Virus record (IMG/VR): IMGVR_UViG_3300007513_000035
Span: 1-62,731 of that record
Reading direction: 5' to 3' (one strand)
Length of the DNA stretch: 62,731 bases
DNA from: a virus
Lineage: Duplodnaviria > Caudoviricetes
This document shows, one piece after another, positions 29,434-40,000 of this stretch (the first letter of the stretch is position 1; each line of letters starts with the position of its first letter). Below the pieces are notes generated by a model that searched no databases, was not told the DNA's origin, and saw only the letters and a program-made list of their open reading frames with translations. Position numbers and translations under genes: made by a program.

Positions 29434-29930
29434 CAGACCAGGCCGTCTGACCCAGCATAAGACTTACCGCTTAATAGTTCACCAACTGTCTGAGCTGATA
29501 CCTCAGGAGAAGTTGTACTAGGGCTAATTGATCCCCCCAGCCCAGATCCATACTGGGGCCTGCTCCGCATATCACCGGTAAATGCAGGCTGCTCGCCTGT
29601 GTCATCAGGAGATGAAGGGTTGGGCGTCCAGGGAGTCGAGGGAAGTCCGAGCCCGCCGGTCTCGACATCAAGTAAATTAGGAGCATCTGTATAGTTTAAA
29701 TCAACTGTCCCAAAAAAATGGCCACCATCATTAATAATTCCTTTTTCGACGTCAGCGTATGAAGAGTCGATACCTTGTAAAAGAATCTGCTGGATTTTTT
29801 CCACGTTGTCTGGGCTGTAGTCTGTGCTGTACGTGGGAGTTTGAGGAAATGCAGCGTCTAAGTTTTGTTGATCTCTTGATCCTTTTCCAAAGTTAGAAGT
29901 TTTTCCAAGATGAGGTTCTGTGGTTGCCAT
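29433..29930 (-). CDS. Hypothetical Gly/Pro-rich head-region protein
   Basis: 165 aa ORF with 1-nt overlaps on both sides. Confidence 0.7.
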   Translation of the reverse strand: MATTEPHLGKTSNFGKGSRDQQNLDAAFPQTPTYSTDYSPDNVEKIQQILLQGIDSSYADVEKGIINDGGHFFGTVDLNYTDAPNLLDVETGGLGLPSTPWTPNPSSPDDTGEQPAFTGDMRSRPQYGSGLGGSISPSTTSPEVSAQTVGELLSGKSYAGSDGLV

Positions 29931-30193
29931 TATAGGTCTCCTAGTATGTTCTTAGCGAGAGCCTTTCTATGCTTAACAATTTTATCAAGCTGCTTTCTTA
30001 TTTTGGCTTCTCTTATTTTTAACGCCTTGGCGTAATCAACTTTTTTCTCTAACGTGTCTGCAAGTTTGTCGGCATCAACTTCTCTTGCCTTGGTCTTGGG
30101 CTTGCTAGCCTCAAGAACCCTTTCAATTTTTTTCTTCTCTTGAAGGACTATCCTCTTTAAAAGAGAAGGAGTTAATTTCTTAATTTTGGCCAT
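29930..30193 (-). CDS. Small basic protein with a putative capsid-targeting N-terminus
   Basis: MAKIKKLTPSLLKRIVLQEKKKI..LEA; GGAG SD; ATACATAT motif at 30220-30227. Confidence 0.7.
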   Translation of the reverse strand: MAKIKKLTPSLLKRIVLQEKKKIERVLEASKPKTKAREVDADKLADTLEKKVDYAKALKIREAKIRKQLDKIVKHRKALAKNILGDL

Positions 30194-30243
30194 CTTTGTC
30201 TCCGCGGGAAAGATCTAATATATGTATTATCTCAAAAAGAAAT

Positions 30244-30723
30244 TTATGGCCTGTTTTTTGGTGTTGAAAATGCCAGCTCAGCCCAATTGTTTGCAGATCC
30301 TCCAAAAAGATCCATCGGGTCAGAGTTTGCAACTTCCCTGGCAGCGGTGTCACCCTGCGCGTGAGACGACATTCCTCGCTGGCTCTCAGCGGTGATTTGC
30401 TCCTGAAGTGTGGTCCTCGCTGTATCCTCAAGTATAGATGATAAAACGCTATCATCTGTCATGCTACTTACTGTACTAGAAACCCTTTGATCAAAACTAG
30501 ATTTTTCTGTGTCATCTGATCTTGGCTCAAAGCTAACGTGATCTAAAGAAGGTCTTCTGTTATTTCTAGATGGAGATTTTGTTTGTGAATATTTTCCAGG
30601 ATGTCTTTTTGTCCTTGACTCTTGAAGAGCTGTCACGCTTCCTTCCGAGAGGCCTTCACTCAATATCTCTATAAGACACTCTTTAACAACACTTTTGAGA
30701 CCTGATCTCGTGATTCTTTTCAC
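30244..30723 (-). CDS. Putative prohead core or internal protein
   Basis: N-terminal MKRITRSGLKSVVKECLIEILSEGLSE; C-terminal NWAELAF resembles the scaffold end RWAALAG. Confidence 0.65.
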   Translation of the reverse strand: MKRITRSGLKSVVKECLIEILSEGLSEGSVTALQESRTKRHPGKYSQTKSPSRNNRRPSLDHVSFEPRSDDTEKSSFDQRVSSTVSSMTDDSVLSSILEDTARTTLQEQITAESQRGMSSHAQGDTAAREVANSDPMDLFGGSANNWAELAFSTPKNRP

Positions 30724-31193
30724 TATCCTACACCCTTCCAGCCATTGCTCGCTGATAAAATTGGAAAATTAGAAGCATTGATTGTGGTTAATCCGGCAAT
30801 TAAAGAAAAGCCGGTAGACCCACCGTCTCCAAGAAGAAACACCTCTTTGCATCTAACATCAAATGTCTTCGTTGCTTCAGCATTCGCACTTGCAGATCCT
30901 GTTGGAATTAAAAAATAATTCCTGTGCTGATGTGAACTCTTTGTTCCTCCGTTATGATTCTCGCCCGGTGCAAAAGATCCTGAATATGAAAAAGCAAGTC
31001 GCAAATCATTGGCACCTGTGTTTCTAATAGTTAGATATTTTGTCACATACGGAAACTTAATGTTGATCGGATCTGCAGCAGTTCCTGCTGTGGGAACATC
31101 AGAAAGTGTAGCTGAGCTGGTCACATATGGTACCGCAGAAGTCTGGTAAGCTGGAACGTAGCTAGCCCCAGGAGAGGGTGGTTTTATAGGCAT
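30723..31193 (-). CDS. Putative head structural protein
   Basis: 156 aa beta-rich ORF in the head operon (IKFPYVTKYLTIRNTG, FDVRCKEVFL). Confidence 0.6.
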   Translation of the reverse strand: MPIKPPSPGASYVPAYQTSAVPYVTSSATLSDVPTAGTAADPINIKFPYVTKYLTIRNTGANDLRLAFSYSGSFAPGENHNGGTKSSHQHRNYFLIPTGSASANAEATKTFDVRCKEVFLLGDGGSTGFSLIAGLTTINASNFPILSASNGWKGVG

Positions 31194-31807
31194 TACTTAT
31201 CCCATCCTAATATTTCATTAAATATTCTATCAATCTTGTCAGTCTTAGTAAAAGTATTATCTAATTCTCTTCTACTAACTGTTTTTCCCTCTGCCATCAT
31301 AAAGGCACCGGGTGTTGAGGGCTCAGAGACCATATCAAAACAAATTAGCTGAAAGTCTTCTTGAACTACGTCAGTATCCCCCTGTCTCTTTGTAGATCCA
31401 ACACCCCTTGAAGATACCCCGAGAGTCACGCCAGATTCAACTAGACTTTTTAATATTTTTCCACTAGGGGTATCAAGAAGTTCAATTGTCCCATATACAG
31501 TATCTCCCTGCATATGAGCATCTCTAATTATGTGAGAAACATTTTTTAATTCAACAACTGAAGTATCTGGATGATCACACTCACCTAGGGCTCTGCTTTC
31601 TCTTATAAATTTTTGATAATTTTGAAGCTCTCTCTCAAGAATTGCCCTAGGGTATATTCTTCCGTTCTGGTTTAGTGTATCTGACTTTTGAATTGGACCT
31701 TTTAAAAATATTTTTCCATTATTAGTTTTTTTAGATTCATTTATTTGATCAGGACTATACTGAAGTGGCATCCATTCTGTCAAAAGCTTTAAGTCTTTTT
31801 TACTCAT
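31193..31807 (-). CDS. gp21: Prohead core protease (T4 gp21-like)
   Basis: NQNGRIYP, ALGECDHP, NVSH, LGVSSRGVGS, FDMVSEPSTPGA. Confidence 0.95.
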   Translation of the reverse strand: MSKKDLKLLTEWMPLQYSPDQINESKKTNNGKIFLKGPIQKSDTLNQNGRIYPRAILERELQNYQKFIRESRALGECDHPDTSVVELKNVSHIIRDAHMQGDTVYGTIELLDTPSGKILKSLVESGVTLGVSSRGVGSTKRQGDTDVVQEDFQLICFDMVSEPSTPGAFMMAEGKTVSRRELDNTFTKTDKIDRIFNEILGWDK

Positions 31808-32652
31808 TTTGACTCCATTATTTCTTGGCTTAATTGTGATATAGTTAAAAATTTAGAAATTGAACTATCATTAATTTTTCTATAATCCAGGTCTTTAATA
31901 TTAACTCTTACTCTTTCGATTTTTTCAAGAAGGACTTCATTATCGGTTTCCTTTTCAAAATAATCTAAATCACGGGCTGTTTTTTCTGATATTTCTTTTA
32001 ATAATCTAGAAGTTTTTTCTGTATCTCCCGAAGAAGAAGAGAAGACATAGGACCGTACTATCATTTTTTGCTCTTTGCTTAGAGTGTCCCCGTACCTGGT
32101 GTTCAATTTCTCCATCATTAGTTTAGATATTAGGTGATCAACATTTTCAGATACATGATTTTCTATTTTCTCGTTTTTCTTTTCTGCCAGAAGCCTTTCA
32201 ACAACCTTGCTCTCATATTCAACCATTTTAGCAAGACTCGAGTGATCGTTTTTTCTCCACTCATTTAAAAGAGTTTGAATTGTTGCATAGGATTTATAGT
32301 CAGGAATTCTTCTATAATAAAAGTCTTTATCTTTTAGTTTGTGATTAATATCTTTAATCAAGAGAGACTTTTCTTTATTTAAAGCCCTGGTGTTGTATCT
32401 TCTAGATGCTGCTTTCGCCTCAGACAAAATTCCTGCTGCAATAGCAGTGTCACTAACTGTTGAATTTGCTAAAGCATTAAAAAGTCTAAACTCTTTATAA
32501 AGCTCTGTATCGGAAGAGAACCTTTTATCTAAAATATCTAAAGCACACTGTGCCGTTTCTGTCTTCCCTTCTATGAGGAAATTAGAAACAGACCTCAAGA
32601 GAAGCTCGTAAATTATTCCTACATTTCTTTTTTTATTATGAGTTTTTGGCAT
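31804..32652 (-). CDS. Hypothetical helical protein between portal and protease
   Basis: 282 aa; ATGA and TAATG overlaps; N-terminal HNKKRNVGIIYELL. Confidence 0.75.
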   Translation of the reverse strand: MPKTHNKKRNVGIIYELLLRSVSNFLIEGKTETAQCALDILDKRFSSDTELYKEFRLFNALANSTVSDTAIAAGILSEAKAASRRYNTRALNKEKSLLIKDINHKLKDKDFYYRRIPDYKSYATIQTLLNEWRKNDHSSLAKMVEYESKVVERLLAEKKNEKIENHVSENVDHLISKLMMEKLNTRYGDTLSKEQKMIVRSYVFSSSSGDTEKTSRLLKEISEKTARDLDYFEKETDNEVLLEKIERVRVNIKDLDYRKINDSSISKFLTISQLSQEIMESK

Positions 32653-34673
32653 TAATCAACCTCTTTGTCAGACTCCACTAAAATTTGGCTTCTTGGAATA
32701 TTTATTCTTTTCTCAAGAGATTTTAAGGTGGATTTTACCTCTCCGGTCATTTTAGTCTGCTGTCCTATCTTTTGATCTAAAAAGTTTTGTATAAAACTAG
32801 CATCTTCTTCAAAGAATTTATTCTTCCCGAGTGACCTTAGGTCATAATTTAAATTCTTCATCCCGGTCGGGTCACCGCTGACAGAGTCATCATTATTTTT
32901 TCGATCATGGGTGGTTAGCCTGAGATGGTCTACATCTGACTCAGACTTCTTCCTCCGGGATCTATTGTAAAGAGATCTCTCTAGCTGGTCTTCATCGTCT
33001 TCATCATCTTCATCATCTTCAGTGCCTGAAGACTCTGATAGCCTGGCAAACATATCCACAGTATTTTGGGCACGAATCGGGGCATTTTCATCTTCTATTG
33101 AAAAAGAAGTCAGATCGTCGACGAAGGATCTATCTGATATTAGATTTAGCCCGCTCAAAGCCCCGCTTTCGTCTTCAGCAAGGGCAGGCTCTGGCTCCTC
33201 GAGGTCGGGCTCTTCTCCAAAATCATCTTCGCCGGGAGGAGGGGCTTCAGGCGCTTCCCCCCCACTTTCTGCTGGGAGAGCAGCTGATTCAACCTTAAGA
33301 TCAAACAATTTGTCATCATAAACACCCGAAGATACACTAGATATCTCAGCGTCAGAAAGACCAAGTATATTTTTTCTAATCCACTCTCTATCTACCATGC
33401 TCTCTGGGACAGTCCCGGCTATCTCAAACCTTGATCTAAATAGCTCTAGCTTTTGCTGCTGGGCAATAGTCGATGGATTGGAGAGCTGAAGGTCGAAATC
33501 TAGTAAATCCTCTCCCTCGAATCCGTTGGAAAACAAGTGTATGATAGCGACCTTATTAAGCTCAGACAACACAGTTCTTTGAATTCTATGTATAGATCTA
33601 CTAAATCTAATATCTTCCTGGGAAAGTGTTGCTTTTGCCCCTAGACCTTCATCATATCCAAGATAAGCCTTGGGTATTTTTAAAGCAGAAAAAAGTTTTT
33701 TCTGAATATATTCAACATCCTCGATGGCCGTGGCGTTTTGTCCTCCCGGAAGGGTATCTATCTTTGTTCCTGTCTCCCCGCCTCGAACTGGAAGATAATA
33801 ATCTTCGTCTACTGAAAGTGGGTTATATCTTAGATCAACTCTTCCTGTATCTCTGTCTAAAACTTGACTTCTTTTTAAGCTAGTCTGAACTTGCTCCATG
33901 TACCCTGGTATATCTTCCGGGGGGACATTACCTACATCAATATAGAAAACTCGGCGCTCCGGAGATCTAACAACTCGATAAACAAGCATTGCATCTTCAA
34001 CAAGAATTAACTGTCGCCAGATCCGACGGGCTGACTCTAGCACAGAAGAGCCGTACGGTAGAAACGCATCATTTCCCAAAAGCCTAAAATGAGAAATTTG
34101 CCAATTCTCAAGAACCTGATTACCCTGAGTTACCCACCTAAATCTAACAGCAAGTGGATCTTCTGGGTCAAATCCTTCTTCTCTCTCTATTTCATTTACC
34201 GGGATCGGATAGGCACTTATAACCCCAAACTCAGGAGAAACATCATTAAACAAAAAGAAGTCACCATACTTTACAAGATTTCTAGTCCACCCAGTTAGAT
34301 TAAATTCAACATTCAAAGTATCATAAAAAAGATCATCAAGCAATGACTGTATTTTGGGATTATCTGAATGTATATGAAGAACCTGCCCCTTTTCATCTGA
34401 AGCAGCTACTTCTTCAGAATAGATGTCTAGGGCAGAGCTTATTTCAGGAGTATATTCCATCTCACTAAAGTCTGAATACCTTGCCATCCTGTCGTAGGTG
34501 CCATATGCACTCATTGCTGTGTTATAAACGTGACTTTGGGTTTTTTTAAATACTTCAAGTGCTGATGAAGGTCCCTTTGAATTCTCAAAGTCTTTGACCC
34601 TTCTCTTTACAACTGGTCCGCTTCTAAATAAGAGCGTTAATTTTTTGAATAGGCTTTCGCTAGATTCAGCCAT
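32652..34673 (-). CDS. gp20: Portal protein (T4 gp20-like) with an acidic C-terminal extension
   Basis: PEISSALDIYSEE, EDAMLVYRVVRSPERRVFYIDVGN, EDYYLPVRG, IDTLPGG, KKLFSALKIP. Confidence 0.96.
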   Translation of the reverse strand: MAESSESLFKKLTLLFRSGPVVKRRVKDFENSKGPSSALEVFKKTQSHVYNTAMSAYGTYDRMARYSDFSEMEYTPEISSALDIYSEEVAASDEKGQVLHIHSDNPKIQSLLDDLFYDTLNVEFNLTGWTRNLVKYGDFFLFNDVSPEFGVISAYPIPVNEIEREEGFDPEDPLAVRFRWVTQGNQVLENWQISHFRLLGNDAFLPYGSSVLESARRIWRQLILVEDAMLVYRVVRSPERRVFYIDVGNVPPEDIPGYMEQVQTSLKRSQVLDRDTGRVDLRYNPLSVDEDYYLPVRGGETGTKIDTLPGGQNATAIEDVEYIQKKLFSALKIPKAYLGYDEGLGAKATLSQEDIRFSRSIHRIQRTVLSELNKVAIIHLFSNGFEGEDLLDFDLQLSNPSTIAQQQKLELFRSRFEIAGTVPESMVDREWIRKNILGLSDAEISSVSSGVYDDKLFDLKVESAALPAESGGEAPEAPPPGEDDFGEEPDLEEPEPALAEDESGALSGLNLISDRSFVDDLTSFSIEDENAPIRAQNTVDMFARLSESSGTEDDEDDEDDEDQLERSLYNRSRRKKSESDVDHLRLTTHDRKNNDDSVSGDPTGMKNLNYDLRSLGKNKFFEEDASFIQNFLDQKIGQQTKMTGEVKSTLKSLEKRINIPRSQILVESDKEVD

Positions 34674-34693
34674 GTGAAATAACTCCTAGATAA

Positions 34694-34723
34694 ATTATAC
34701 ACAAATACATATAAAGCAGTAAA
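34694..34723 (-). promoter_or_regulatory. Sigma70-like promoter TTTACT-N18-TATAAT upstream of the portal gene
   Basis: Near-identical module, including the TCTAGGAGTT RBS, at 46251-46294. Confidence 0.6.
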
Positions 34724-36334
34724 TCAATCAATCAACCAATCGAAATCTCCGCCTGGTGATTTCCATCTTTTTTGTCCATTCTTTTGGCTGCTTTCTCCTG
34801 ATTGATTTCTATTGATTGATTTTCCATCTTGAGATTTGTTCGCTGTTAATCCACCAGGAAAGTCATCATAAGTTTTTCTATCAACCCTCATTGACTTTAA
34901 CATGGCGTCTGTAAGAGCCCTCGAGTCTCTTGAAACACCGCTCGTAGTATCACAAATCCAAGATCCGATTGCCAGGCTCATGACCAGGTCGTCATTGTAC
35001 CCTCTCATAGCCTGTGCCTTGTTCCCCTTCCAGATAAAAGTTTTTATTTCATCATAAAATCTAGAAGAGTATGATAAAAGTTGCTTATTGCGAATCATCT
35101 CTTCGAGCTTTGTAAGAATCATACCCCTAGATTTTCCACTAGTTGTAAATCCTGCATTGTCTTGATTTTTTGTCGGAACATAGTCTCCCAAATAAGTCCC
35201 TCTTTTTGCGTAATAAAGTTTGGGATATGATAGATCTTTTAGTCTGAGTATGGTAGCATATCCATAGCTGTTGTTTTCGGGACATAAAAGAGCATTATTA
35301 TATTTTCTACCAACTTCGTTTAAAATTTCAGCAAATCTGTCAGGAGGAACTTTTCCCTTATATTCTGCTGATATTTCACCCGTTTGTTCATCTATTACAT
35401 GAAATGCTGAATAGTCTTTCGAATCTCCCCTTGAAATATCAGCTGAAATTACATACTCCTTTCCGGGGACTGGGTGTCCCCATACCCAAATATTTTTATC
35501 GAATCCCCACCTATCGGACGGAGGTCTTATCATATTAAAAAGCCACGACATATCATCGTCATTTATAAAATTTTCCCCAGAAGATGCGAAATCACACAAA
35601 AACTCTTGAGATATCTGCCTTTTAGAGAAGTTTTTTGTTTCTTTTTCAAACCACTCCTGATCTCTTTCTGGATGAACGTGCCATGGAAGCTTTATTCCCT
35701 TGAATTCGTTTAAACCTGCCTCAGCATCTGTATAAAGCTTATAGTACTGACCTCCAACTCCGTTGGGGGTTGACAATACAATTGCCCGTCCGCCTGTGGA
35801 GAGTGTAGGATACAGACCCATCCACAATTCATCAAAGTTTCTGACAAATGCAGCTTCATCAATTATTAGGAGAGACAGAGCTTCAGAGCGGCCAGCATCA
35901 TCTGATGTGGGTATTGCTTTTATTGATGATCCGTGACTAAATTCTATTAGCTGCTTATTATTGCTTGTAATTTCAGGAAGCATGAGCCACCCGGGTATGT
36001 TCCTCAGTATAGTTTTAACTTTTTTAATAAAGTTTTGTGCAACACTTAGCTTAGTGGCAATAATCAGTATGTTTTTATCTTTTTGAAAAAGAACCATCCA
36101 GGTCGCAAAAGCAGCAACAAGTGTGGACATTCCTAGCTGTCTAGATTTCAATATTATAGAAAACCTGTGATCTATAAATGTCTCAACACACTCATCTTGA
36201 AAAGAGAATGTGTCAAAAGGAATTAACCCTCTAACCGGATGCTGTATTTTACAGTAATTCTTAAAGAAATAATTTGGGTCTTTTCCACACTGAACTATCT
36301 CTTTTATTTGTCGACTTTTATTATAGGTCGCCAT
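34724..36334 (-). CDS. gp17: Terminase large subunit (T4 gp17-like)
   Basis: KSRQLGMST (Walker A), LLIIDEAAF (Walker B), STPNG, ADISRGDSKDYS and DDLVMSLAI (nuclease). Confidence 0.96.
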   Translation of the reverse strand: MATYNKSRQIKEIVQCGKDPNYFFKNYCKIQHPVRGLIPFDTFSFQDECVETFIDHRFSIILKSRQLGMSTLVAAFATWMVLFQKDKNILIIATKLSVAQNFIKKVKTILRNIPGWLMLPEITSNNKQLIEFSHGSSIKAIPTSDDAGRSEALSLLIIDEAAFVRNFDELWMGLYPTLSTGGRAIVLSTPNGVGGQYYKLYTDAEAGLNEFKGIKLPWHVHPERDQEWFEKETKNFSKRQISQEFLCDFASSGENFINDDDMSWLFNMIRPPSDRWGFDKNIWVWGHPVPGKEYVISADISRGDSKDYSAFHVIDEQTGEISAEYKGKVPPDRFAEILNEVGRKYNNALLCPENNSYGYATILRLKDLSYPKLYYAKRGTYLGDYVPTKNQDNAGFTTSGKSRGMILTKLEEMIRNKQLLSYSSRFYDEIKTFIWKGNKAQAMRGYNDDLVMSLAIGSWICDTTSGVSRDSRALTDAMLKSMRVDRKTYDDFPGGLTANKSQDGKSINRNQSGESSQKNGQKRWKSPGGDFDWLID

Positions 36335-36714
36335 TACTCCACTCTATATGTGGTAGTTCTCCTGTAATAGGCGTTTCTTTTTGGAGAATAGGCAGACTGA
36401 GTAATCATTTCTAAGCTATCATTTGTACCCAGCTGCTTTACCTTGATGGGCCTTCCAGCTTCTTTTTTAAATCTAGATTTTAAACTCTTCATAAAGCTAT
36501 TTGTAACTTGTGTTGATTGTTCCTCGTTCATCTCTCTTACCGCCTTATCATGATAGCCGCTAGGGAGTGTGGCAATGGTAATGTATTTACACTCTAAAAT
36601 ATCACCACCCAGAGAAGCCTTTACAGACATAGTGGGTGACATTTTTGTTGACCAGTCTCCCCAGGTATCATTTAGTATTTGACCAAGTATATTGACTTCT
36701 GCTGAATTTAACAT
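36334..36714 (-). CDS. Hypothetical protein coupled to the terminase gene
   Basis: 126 aa; AAGGAG SD; ATAGTTAT motif at 36730-36737; TAATG overlap with the terminase gene. Confidence 0.75.
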   Translation of the reverse strand: MLNSAEVNILGQILNDTWGDWSTKMSPTMSVKASLGGDILECKYITIATLPSGYHDKAVREMNEEQSTQVTNSFMKSLKSRFKKEAGRPIKVKQLGTNDSLEMITQSAYSPKRNAYYRRTTTYRVE

Positions 36715-36742
36715 GAAAGTCTCCTTATTATAACTATTCTAA

Positions 36743-36997
36743 TTATATCATAAAACCCAGGGGGAGAGCTTTTCTTTTTTTAATTTCTTCTGCAACTTCT
36801 TCATCGCTGGGCCTCCAGCCCATCTTGTATTCATCACGTCGAGATTCAACCCATCTAATCCTGCATTTCTCACAGCACCCGTACTCATCAGAAGAAATTA
36901 TATCTAAGGAATTAACCAATATAAAATCACATATTCCACATGATACTCTTCCCTTATTAAAATTTTTTGGCTTTACTATTGTAACTTTCTCAATCAT
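36743..36997 (-). CDS. Small zinc-finger protein
   Basis: CGIC...CCEKC. Start reassigned to ATG 36997, just after the Mre11-Rad50 stop. Confidence 0.65.
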   Translation of the reverse strand: MIEKVTIVKPKNFNKGRVSCGICDFILVNSLDIISSDEYGCCEKCRIRWVESRRDEYKMGWRPSDEEVAEEIKKRKALPLGFMI

Positions 36998-37001
36998 AGT
37001 C

Positions 37002-40000
37002 TTATTTCGTATACACTCTTGAATCTTTTCCCTTTTTAGTAATATCAATTACATTGTCAACAACGTCTTTAACAGCATCGACATGTGATATAATTAAAAT
37101 ATTTTTAAAATGCTTCTTTAAAGATATTAAAAGTCTATTACAAGCTTCTACGTTTGTATCGTCTAGAGATCCAAACCCTTCATCTATAATTAGCATGTCA
37201 CATTTGGGCAAAGAAGATACGTTTATTAAAGCAACCCTGATAGCTAGTGAGGAAATCATTTTCTCCATTCCGGACGCAAGCTCTATGACCCTTTTAGAGT
37301 CTCCATAATTAATATAGATATCCATTGCGTTAGAGTTTAAATCTGCCTCTAGTTCAACTGTAAAACCAACTGTATTTTGCAAAATCTTAGATATTTCCGA
37401 ATTAATAACAGGCAAGTAAGAGTTAATTATCTGAAGTGGGATTCCTTTTTTAGAAACTGCCTGACTAAGTAAATTGTAAGCATGCCACTCTTTCTTTATT
37501 TTATCATATGTCTTTTTTTCTTCTCTCACCTTAAGCAACTCACTCTTGTCTGTTCCTACTTTTTGAGCATGTGACATTCTTATAGAATCCAGCTCAGATA
37601 TTTTCTTATTCATCTCAGAAAGACTGATCTTCATTTTTTCAAGTGAAATATCACTAGTATCCCTCTTTTTATCTTCCATTTCTTTTAGAATCTTTCTACC
37701 CTCAGATAAATTCTCAGATAGTTGCTCCACTAAAGATTCTTTCTCTCTTTTCTGAGACGTTATTGTTACTAGGGCTATTTGAATTTCTGATTCTTTTTTT
37801 AGAATTTTTTCATATTTTTCAATATTTTCTTCTATTTTATCACCCAATATTTTAGAAAGAAGATTTTCAGTCAGTGTTAAATTTTTAAGATTTTCTTCTA
37901 CTTTTTTTCTCTGTTCTTGTATTTTTTTCTTATTTTCATGAGAATCTTTGATAAATTTACAAGTTGGAAAATTATCACCACACGGAACTTCTCGTAACTT
38001 TTTTAAAGATTTTTCTTGCTGGGATAGTAAAACATGCTCCCTTTGATAATCACTTTTTATTTTAATTACACTCTTTTCCAAATCTCTTTTTGACGCAAGC
38101 TTTTCTCTCATCTCTTCGATAGAAAACTGACTTTTTAATTCTCTAATTTTAGAAATCTTTTCCCTATTAGACTCAACCCGAATCATCAGGCTAGAAAGTA
38201 AATTTAATTCTTTTTCTAGGTTTTCTTTAAGATTTTTAATATTTTCTTTCTGTATATCTACGTCTACTTGAGTAATGTCTCCAGAATTTTCATGTGACGC
38301 TATTTCTAACTGAATTTTTGATGCTTTCGATCTAGTTTTTTCTAAATTTTGCTCAAGCCTTCTAATCTTTGCCTGTATATTTTTTATTGATCTAGAGAGG
38401 TTGTAAGAAAGCACTCCCCAATCTCTATCTGGAATATTTTTCATTTGGGCTCTTGATATTATCAAGTCTTCTTTGACATGAGACTCCATTTGATCAAAAA
38501 CATTTAAATCCAAAAACTTAGAAAGAATTAGTTTTCGCTGTGTCGCTCTTTCTTTAATAAAATTGTTCATTTGCCCTTGAGAGGAGAGGGACGTTAATAG
38601 GAAATCTTCAGAAGTTCCAATTCTCTTTCTTGTGACTTTTTCTGTCTCTCTTCTTTGCTCTTCAGTCAGATCTCTTACAATTTCTCCATCACTGTCAATT
38701 TCATATAAATTTAATTGAGTTACAGCACTAACCTCTCCCCTTCTATTTTCGTGCTTGACCGACTGCCTTTCTATTCGAAGATTCTTCCCGCTTACACACA
38801 AGTCTATCGCTGTTTTACAGTGACCTTTTCTGCTATTGATTATATGCAAGTTTTTTATCGGACCCCGATCTGTAGTATTAAAAAGTGCATACATTAGGGT
38901 CCCAACTATCGAAGATTTTCCAGACCTGTTTTTTCCAAATATTCCGGTTATACCCTTAAAAGAATTAAAGTCTATTCTATTATTCTTTCCATAGGTGAAC
39001 ATATTATCAAAAGCAATGTTTTTAATTGACCACTTTACATTTCTTAGAGACTCTTCGGTGTTTGATATTCTTGAGAAATATTTCTTAATTAAAATTTCTA
39101 ACTCATCCCACGACTGACTAGAAAGGTCAGAATTTTTATAAAATTCTTTAACTAAGGAAACGTGTGTATTCACATCTCTTAGGTCTTCTTTAAATATCTT
39201 GCTGTCTCCAACATTGATCTCAGAAAGATCAACAGACTGATCTATCTTATAGACAACTTCATGCGCCCTCATAGTCTCTTTGAGCTCTGTGTGAAGATGA
39301 ATTATATCTGACTGAGGTATAGAATAATCTGATCTTACTCGGTATCTTGCCCCCGGTAAGATATCTTCTACTTGCTCCAGCGTTTCCCTAGCAGACCCGA
39401 ACCAGTCAATTGTCACAAACGGGTGGTCGTGAGGAACTTCATAAAAAGTTACATCAAAATCGTCTTTTCCTCTAATGTCCCAAAATAAAAACCCCTTTCC
39501 GGGATCTTCCCCGTAGTTCTGCTGGATGGTAGAGCCACAATATGCTATTTTTCTATCTTCTGTCAAAAACTGGCAGGTGTGAATATCTCCAAGGAGAGCA
39601 TAATCATATTCTCTAAAAAACTCAGCCTCGACTTCTCCTTCAATCGACCAGTCAGAGTCAGTAGTCGAACCTCTTACACCGCCATGAAATAAGGCAATAT
39701 TAATATCTTCCTCTACAGGCTTGATATTTTTCCATCCCGCTTCATCAAAGCAAGAGAAAACACACCAATTAAACCCGGGAATTCCAGTCGGGTAGATACC
39801 AGAATCTTTATATAAGAACAGGCGGGGATTATCTAGCGCAGAAATGATAGGGGATATTGCATCCTGCCTATCTTTGTTCATAATCAGCCCGTCATGATTT
39901 CCCAATATTATGTGAGTAGGGGCAATGCTGGCAAGATTTTTAAACCATTCCTGAAGACTGTCGACTAGTTCAGGAGATATTCCCTGTGTTTTAGAATGAA

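Noticed and set aside
32985-33022. (TCATCN)n low-complexity repeat
   Set aside because: Encodes the acidic EDDEDDEDDED stretch of the portal tail; not an independent element.
32652-36334. Inteins or introns in terminase and portal
   Set aside because: Motifs are collinear with normal spacing; no intein termini or homing endonuclease motifs seen; the portal's extra length is an acidic C-terminal tail.
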